A DNA stretch of 64,000 bases from Candidatus Latescibacterota bacterium. GTDB taxonomy: Bacteria; Latescibacterota; UBA2968; UBA8231. Numbering within the stretch: the first letter of the stretch is position 1; every line of letters begins with the position of its first letter. This document shows positions 58,243 to 64,000 of this stretch, piece by piece. The position numbers were made by a program, and so were the translations under genes. Below the pieces are notes generated by a model. The model was not told where the DNA came from, made no database searches, and saw only the letters and a list, made by a program, of their open reading frames with translations. The stretch is from contig CBDFJF010000002.1 of the NCBI GenBank assembly GCA_965248265.1, positions 3,296,001-3,360,000 of the forward strand, read 5' to 3'.

Positions 58243-58815
58243 ATGGTCGGGGACATGGTTGTAGTCTCCGGATTGCCGCGATCAGGCACATCGATGATGA
58301 TGCGTATGCTGCAGGCCGGTGGACTTCAACCGTTGACAGATGGTGAGCGGGCGGCCGATGAGGACAACCCCAAAGGTTATTACGAGTACGCTCCAGTCAA
58401 GCGACTGGCCAAGGACAATTCCTGGGTCGGCGAGGCACGGGGAAAGGTTGTGAAGGTCGTTTCACGGTTGTTGTATGAACTTCCCGAGGACCACAGTTAC
58501 GACGTCCTTTTCATGCAGCGAGATATTCGAGAGATCCTGACTTCCCAGGAGGTCATGCTCGCACGCATGGGGACGGCGGTTGCGGTATCGGAGCAACAGC
58601 AGCTGCGCTTGCGATTCGAGCGCCATCTGGTAGAATTGGAAGAGTGGCTCGCTCAGCGCAGCTCCTTTCGGGTACTACAGGTAGCGTTTGCCCGCGTGCA
58701 TGAAGATCCATTGGAAGCGGCAACGCGGGTGCGCGATTTTCTGGATGAAGACCTCGATACCCAAACGATGGCCGAGGCGGTAGACGAAAAGTTGTACCGC
58801 CAGCGCGAAAAGTAA
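58243..58815 (+). CDS. Sulfotransferase-family (P-loop) protein
   Basis: VSGLPRSGTSMMM, DEDNPKGYYE. Confidence 0.85.
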   Translation: MVGDMVVVSGLPRSGTSMMMRMLQAGGLQPLTDGERAADEDNPKGYYEYAPVKRLAKDNSWVGEARGKVVKVVSRLLYELPEDHSYDVLFMQRDIREILTSQEVMLARMGTAVAVSEQQQLRLRFERHLVELEEWLAQRSSFRVLQVAFARVHEDPLEAATRVRDFLDEDLDTQTMAEAVDEKLYRQREK

Positions 58816-58902
58816 CGGGGGTCAAGTCCCGGAATGCGGATCGCACAGGGGTTGATGCACAGGCTTTGATATAGTGGGGTTTATATAGATGGGGTTTGTA
58901 TA

Positions 58903-59472
58903 ATGGTAACACTGTCGAAAATCTACACACGCACGGGGGACAACGGGACTACCAGACTCGGCAACAACGAGGCCGTTTCGAAGACCGATGTACGCATCGA
59001 GTGCTGCGGTGCAGTCGATGAACTCAACTGCATTTTGGGATTGGCGCTCATCAGTGATCTGCCGTCCGCCGCAGCCGATCTGGTGGCTTCAATACAAAAC
59101 GACCTCTTCGATCTCGGGGCCGATCTCTGCCTGCCTGACGGGAACACGGGTTTACGGGTTTCGGCGCGCCAGGTTTCGCGGCTCGAGGAAGCCATCGATC
59201 AAATCAACGCCAACCTCGAACCGCTGAACAGTTTTCTGCTTCCCGGAGGTTCCAGGGCGGCATCCTGGCTGCACCTGGCAAGGGCGGTGTGTCGCCGAGC
59301 AGAGCGTCGTGTGTGGCAGCTGCGTGAAACCGAAACCGTAAACGAGAATGTCAGTTCTTATCTTAACCGTCTCTCCGACCTGTTGTTTGTGATGGCTCGC
59401 AACGCCAATGATCATGGGCGCGCCGACATTCTGTGGGAACCGGGACGATTTCGCGGAGGCGATGAGGACTGA
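58903..59472 (+). CDS. PduO-type cob(I)alamin adenosyltransferase
   Basis: KIYTRTGDNGTT, DELN, QNDLFDLG, FLLPGG, RRAER, YLNRLSD. Confidence 0.96.
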   Translation: MVTLSKIYTRTGDNGTTRLGNNEAVSKTDVRIECCGAVDELNCILGLALISDLPSAAADLVASIQNDLFDLGADLCLPDGNTGLRVSARQVSRLEEAIDQINANLEPLNSFLLPGGSRAASWLHLARAVCRRAERRVWQLRETETVNENVSSYLNRLSDLLFVMARNANDHGRADILWEPGRFRGGDED

Positions 59473-59521
59473 GTACTGCTATAAAGAGTACACCTATGAG
59501 ACCTATCTCCAGGAGTTACCG

Positions 59522-60178
59522 ATGATCCAGCACAGGCGTTTGCTGCTGCTCATTCCGTGCGCAGCTTCCCTCGCAGTTTCCCTGTCGTTGTCCGCTTGCA
59601 GTCAGAATTACAGTCCCAACGAGGTGGATGAGGCCCTGAAGGAGAAAGGACTCTCTCGACTTGAGGCAGTCGCCGCGTCGGAAGGACAACGTAGAGAAGC
59701 CGAGCGTATGTCCGTGCCTGCGTACGGCGCTGGTGGGGAGGAATTGAGCCTGCCCGGGTTGAAAGCCTTGGTTCCGGCAGGCTGGCAGCGACGGTCTCCT
59801 TCGAGTTCCATGCGAGTCGCCGAATTCGCCTTGGAAGCCAACGATGGCGGCTCGGAAGAGGCATCATTGGCCGTGTTCAAGGGTCCGATGGGATCGGTCG
59901 AGGGCAACATCGATCGCTGGATTGGCCAGTTCGATGATGTGACCGGAAGCGAGCGTTGGGAGGTGTCCCTCGATGGCGGAACACGAGTGACGATGCTGGA
60001 TGTCTCCGGCACCTTCACCGGCTCGATGGGCAGCACCGGACGCCAGGCAGGCTACCGCCTGCTGGGGGCCATCGTCGGTGAGGGATCGTATTACCTGAAG
60101 TTACTGGGGCCTGGCTCAACGGTTGGAGAGTGGAAGGCGAGTTTCGACGAGTTCATCGGCAGCATCTCTACGAACTAG
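59522..60178 (+). CDS. Conserved hypothetical lipoprotein
   Basis: Lipobox LSAC; VPAGW...SSMRVAEF...NIDRWIGQF...YYLKLLGP. Confidence 0.8.
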   Translation: MIQHRRLLLLIPCAASLAVSLSLSACSQNYSPNEVDEALKEKGLSRLEAVAASEGQRREAERMSVPAYGAGGEELSLPGLKALVPAGWQRRSPSSSMRVAEFALEANDGGSEEASLAVFKGPMGSVEGNIDRWIGQFDDVTGSERWEVSLDGGTRVTMLDVSGTFTGSMGSTGRQAGYRLLGAIVGEGSYYLKLLGPGSTVGEWKASFDEFIGSISTN

Positions 60179-60190
60179 GCAGCCATCACC

Positions 60191-61032
60191 ATGTACATGC
60201 AACTCGAGGACGAGTTCGGCGACATCATCGGCAAGGCCAGAAGAGGCCAGGAGTTGTCGGTGGCTGATCTGGCAGATCAATCAAACGTCAGTGAGGACGA
60301 TATCGTACGCATGGAGGCGTACGAATTGACGCCTGACGACGACAGCATCCGGCGGCTCGCTGCCGCCCTTGGCCTGAGTCCCGACAAGCTGCAGGCCAGC
60401 GCCGCGCGTGGTTTTTTTCCGCTCTACCCCAATGGCCGGGCCATCGACGGCTTGATCGTCGAAATGATGGTGTTGGGTAGTGACTTCCTAATGAACGGAT
60501 ACGTCGTCGGTTGCTCAGAAACTGGCCAGGGTGCGGTGGTCGATCCCGGTTTCGATGCCGAAAAGATTCTGCGAACCGTCGAATCTACGGGGATGGACAT
60601 TCAAAGCGTCCTTCTAACTCACGGCCACGGCGACCATGTTGGGGCTCTGTCCAGATCTGTCAGGCCACGGGTGCTCCAGCTCTCATCAGCGAAGACGACA
60701 TACCGTTGTTGGGCGGACTGCGGACCAAAGTCGAGGGCACGATCCGAGATGGCGAAACCATTACCATGGGCAACGCCAACTTCATGGTTCGGCGTACCCC
60801 CGGTCACACCGAGGGAGGCCTCTCGTTGATACACGATGAGGTGGTTTTCGTCGGGGATGCGCTATTCGCCGCATCGCTGGGAGGAACGAGGAACCGGGTC
60901 GATTACGATCGCCAGAGAGCGGCGGTGGAGGAACACCTGCTGTCTCTCGATCAATCGGTGGTTCTTTACCCCGGACATGGCCCCGCCACAACGGTGGGTG
61001 AGGAGCAACTCAACAACCCGTTCTACTCTTGA
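60191..61032 (+). pseudogene. HTH-XRE + metallo-beta-lactamase-fold hydrolase, frameshifted near 60652
   Basis: Frame 1: LEDEFGDIIGKARRG HTH...THGHGDH. Frame 2: QICQATG...TPGHT...GDALF...PGHG. One added C (TCC-CAG) restores a single ORF. Confidence 0.8.
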
Positions 61033-61089
61033 GATCGGGAAAGCGACCCAATCAGTCGGCGGTGTGGCTCGCTGTCATGGGATATCTGA

Positions 61090-61935
61090 TCACAACAGCA
61101 GATCATCCATGGGCGGATAGCAACCCGGCTGGCGCAGACGGCTGAGGGCGCGTTCCTTGATCTGGCGGATTCGTTCCCTCGTGACCCCGAGTTGGTCGTC
61201 TATCTGGTCGAGTGTCAGTGGTTCATCGCCATCGAGACCGAAATAGCGCAGGATGACGTATTCTTCCCTGCCGTCCAGATTGGCGAGGATGCGGTCAACT
61301 TGCCCACGAACGGATTCTGCGTCGAGCAGGCTGTCCGGTGGGCCCTGTGCCGAGTCGGCGATGGTGTCGAGAAGATTGCGCTCGTCCTCACCTTCGAAGG
61401 TGGCGTCCAAAGAGCGGACCGCGCGCGCGCTGAGCATGGTGTTGACGACGTCGTGCATGGACAGGTCCAGGTCATCGGCGATTTCATCGACATTGGGTTC
61501 TGCTTCGCGTCCCTGACCGAGTCGTCTCGCTGCCTCAGATATCTCACGGAGCTGACTGAGCTTGTTGAGGGGGAGCCGGACGGTGCGGGCCTGGTCGGCG
61601 ACTGCCTGCAGAATCGATTGTCGAATCCACCATACGGCGTACGAGATGAACTTGAATCCACGCGTTCCGTCGAAGCGCTCGGCCGCGGTGAGTAGTCCCA
61701 GATTCCCGGCGCTGATCAAATCGGGTAACGACAGTCCGCGGTTCTGGTAATTCTTGGCCACTTCAATGACAAACCGCAGGTTGGCCTGCACGAGTTCGTT
61801 GCGCGCCTCCATGTCCCCTTCGTTGATACGCTCGGAAAGCTCGACCTCACGCTCACGAGACAGTGGCTTGGAGTCTGTGATATCATTGAAATACAAGCGG
61901 ATCGCGTTCTCACCGTCGAACATCGAATCGAACAT
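61090..61935 (-). CDS. Second RpoD/SigA-family sigma factor lacking region 1.1
   Basis: ANLRFVIEVAK, DLISAGNLGL, KFISYAVWWIRQ, TRERIRQIK. Confidence 0.95.
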   Translation of the reverse strand: MFDSMFDGENAIRLYFNDITDSKPLSREREVELSERINEGDMEARNELVQANLRFVIEVAKNYQNRGLSLPDLISAGNLGLLTAAERFDGTRGFKFISYAVWWIRQSILQAVADQARTVRLPLNKLSQLREISEAARRLGQGREAEPNVDEIADDLDLSMHDVVNTMLSARAVRSLDATFEGEDERNLLDTIADSAQGPPDSLLDAESVRGQVDRILANLDGREEYVILRYFGLDGDEPLTLDQIDDQLGVTRERIRQIKERALSRLRQPGCYPPMDDLLL

Positions 61936-62087
61936 GATTGCAGTTCCTTCGCTTGGCTGGCGACCTACATGACCGATCGAGTACGAACGGTACGCCGCAT
62001 GGCTACCTTCGTCAAGAACATTTCAGCCACACTACGCTTGCATGCCTTGGGCCGCCATCGCCCACAGAAAAGAATGTCTTTTTCGGC

Positions 62088-64000
62088 ATGACGGAATCCT
62101 CAACTCGCCCCCTGAGCCCACCGACCATCACGGTTCGAGGGGCAGCAACGGGTCCCCTGCAAAGCCTCGACCTCGATCTCGAGGTCGAGCAACTCGTTTG
62201 CTTTTCAGGTCCTGCTGGTTCTGGAGCCAAGGCATTGGCCGTAGATGTTCTCCTCGCTGAAAGCCAGCGTCGGTACTGCGCGGTACTCTCGCCGTTGGAG
62301 CGACAGCGAATCCGGGCAGCTGCACCTGCAGCAGTGGACAAAATTGTCGGCCTGCCTCCAGCGGTCCTGCTGTCGGAGTGCCAAGGACCGGCGCTGCTGA
62401 GCGTCGGTGATTTTCTGCAGGTGACACGTTTTTTCGCGGACCTGTTTCTCCGTCAGGGCACAATTACCTGTCCGACATGTGGTCAAATGTGCGCATCGTT
62501 CGACGTGGAGTCGGCCGCATGTTGGGTAACTCGGCAGTCGTCGGGTTCCATACTCGTCATTGCCCCTCTTGAACTTGAGCAGGCTTCATCACTCACATCC
62601 GTCCTCGAGATCCTCCAGCAGTCTGGATTCACCAGGCTTTTCCTGCGCAATCAGGTGGTCCGCTTCGAGGACCTGTCACCTGGTGATCTGGGTGCGACGG
62701 GGCAGGGGGAGGAATTGCTCGTCGTCATCGATCGCATACGCTCGGTCGAAGAGGGTGGCCAGAGATTGCGGGAGGCGTTGCGGACGGCACGGGCCATCGG
62801 TCGTGGTCGGAGCCTCGTTGCCAATCAAGACGAGGATTCTTCAATCTGGCTGAATCAGATGTTGACCTGTACGGGCTGCTCATCGACCTATGACGATCCC
62901 ACGGTCGACGAACTTCTGACAACACCGTATCGATGCGCCATTCATCCCGAACATGTCACCCTGGATGACTGCTCGCTGGGTCGCCTGCTGGCCATGCGGA
63001 TCGACGAGGTCTTCGATTTCACCACCAACATGATGGAGTCGTCGTCGCAGAAGGGGGGTGGACAGATCGAACCCCAATGGGCGTTGCTGAGTATGACGGC
63101 CGGACTGAGTCTCGGTCACCTCCACCTGGACGGCAGTCTGTCTCAGCTTTCAACGGGGGAGCATCTTCGCCTGGTGATTTCGGCGGCGGCGAGCGCTGGA
63201 CTCGTCGGTATTCTTTATATCTGCCAAACACCGGTGTCCCTGCTCGACGACGAGGCTTGCACCCAGACCTTGTCGCTGTTGCGGCGGCTTGTCGATCGCG
63301 GCAACACGGTTATCCTGGTGGACGATGATCCGCTCGTCCACTCCGCCTCAGACAGGGTGCTGTGGTTCAGTCAGGGAAGACTCTTGCCATCGCCGCCAGA
63401 GAAGCCGAGCGTCGACGACTCGTTCGGACCTGAATCAAGAGTGCGGCCTCGGGTTCGTGATCTGCCCGACATCGTCATAACAGGGACGGGAGTCCCTCCT
63501 CTGTACTCACCGATCGAAGTGAGGTTACCTCCTGGACAGCTCACCTGTGTCACCGGTATTTCCGGTTCGGGGAAGAGCTGTCTGCTAAGCGAACTGATAT
63601 TGCCGGCGTTTCGGTCCGCCCAGGCCAAGAGGAAGTCGGAGGGCACGGTCCTTGTCCGCGCCAGTGCCAGTACGATTCGCAGGGCCCGGTTGTTCGGCGA
63701 CGATGGCATGCACAGCGACGAGACTGTTCTCGAGACGTTGGGACTTCTCGGCAGGGTAACTGGGCTGTTCGCTCGCACGCCAGTTGCCCAACAGCGTGGG
63801 TACGCCTCTGACTGGTTTCAACTCGGCAGTCCAGGAGGTCGTTGTCCGAGCTGTGCGGGGCGCGGGCGTGTACGGCAGGACATGGAGTTCCTCGAAGATC
63901 TCGACCTTCCATGCCTTACCTGCGAAGGACGTCGCTATCAGCCCGAAGTCATGCAGATCACCTGGCGAGGCCGCTCAATGGCCGATGTCCTGGGGATGAA
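62088..64000 (+). CDS. Divergent UvrA-like ABC protein (runs off the window end)
   Basis: Manual translation from ATG 62088: ITVRGA...LVCFSGPAGSGAKALAVDVLLAESQRRY...GLPPA...CPTCG...VVIDRI...LSTGE...GNTVILVD...CVTGISGSGKS...GGRCPSCAGRG...CLTCEGRRY. Open to the window end. Confidence 0.9.
   Translation, partial: MTESSTRPLSPPTITVRGAATGPLQSLDLDLEVEQLVCFSGPAGSGAKALAVDVLLAESQRRYCAVLSPLERQRIRAAAPAAVDKIVGLPPAVLLSECQGPALLSVGDFLQVTRFFADLFLRQGTITCPTCGQMCASFDVESAACWVTRQSSGSILVIAPLELEQASSLTSVLEILQQSGFTRLFLRNQVVRFEDLSPGDLGATGQGEELLVVIDRIRSVEEGGQRLREALRTARAIGRGRSLVANQDEDSSIWLNQMLTCTGCSSTYDDPTVDELLTTPYRCAIHPEHVTLDDCSLGRLLAMRIDEVFDFTTNMMESSSQKGGGQIEPQWALLSMTAGLSLGHLHLDGSLSQLSTGEHLRLVISAAASAGLVGILYICQTPVSLLDDEACTQTLSLLRRLVDRGNTVILVDDDPLVHSASDRVLWFSQGRLLPSPPEKPSVDDSFGPESRVRPRVRDLPDIVITGTGVPPLYSPIEVRLPPGQLTCVTGISGSGKSCLLSELILPAFRSAQAKRKSEGTVLVRASASTIRRARLFGDDGMHSDETVLETLGLLGRVTGLFARTPVAQQRGYASDWFQLGSPGGRCPSCAGRGRVRQDMEFLEDLDLPCLTCEGRRYQPEVMQITWRGRSMADVLGM

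Noticed and set aside
62205-62486. Minus-strand ORF with a NinG/Rap-like look (CCRC...LAFSEENIYGQC)
   Set aside because: It is the antisense shadow of the continuous UvrA-like frame on the plus strand

Overview
This is a ~60% GC bacterial chromosomal window from a diderm organism. The gene content (short RpoD-type sigma factors, RNase Y, PorV/FadL-like and Omp85 barrels, a Wzi-like protein, a secreted protein ending in a SWGxxK tail) suggests an FCB-group lineage such as Latescibacterota or Gemmatimonadota; this is inference only. It holds about 55 genes: housekeeping (ftsA-like, ssb, eno, sod, iscU, rny, dxr, tRNA-Asn), envelope genes, K+ channel genes, an Mla/MCE cluster and a cobalamin-riboswitch-led btuDFC...pduO operon. 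Several features are absent from the ORF track: a partial ftsA at the left edge, a CTG-start iscU, a degenerate UvrA paralog at the right edge, a 168-bp CTAG-bounded MITE, and an internally deleted remnant of the pentapeptide-channel gene. The best candidate for an undescribed system is a FliG(M/C)-TM-FecR-like fusion with no flagellar operon in the window. Other leads are a membrane-anchored protein with about 7 degenerate repeats, an MCE system whose only ATPase has degenerate motifs, and the UvrA paralog with a dead site-I ATPase. No CRISPR array, rRNA, integrase or transposase was seen.
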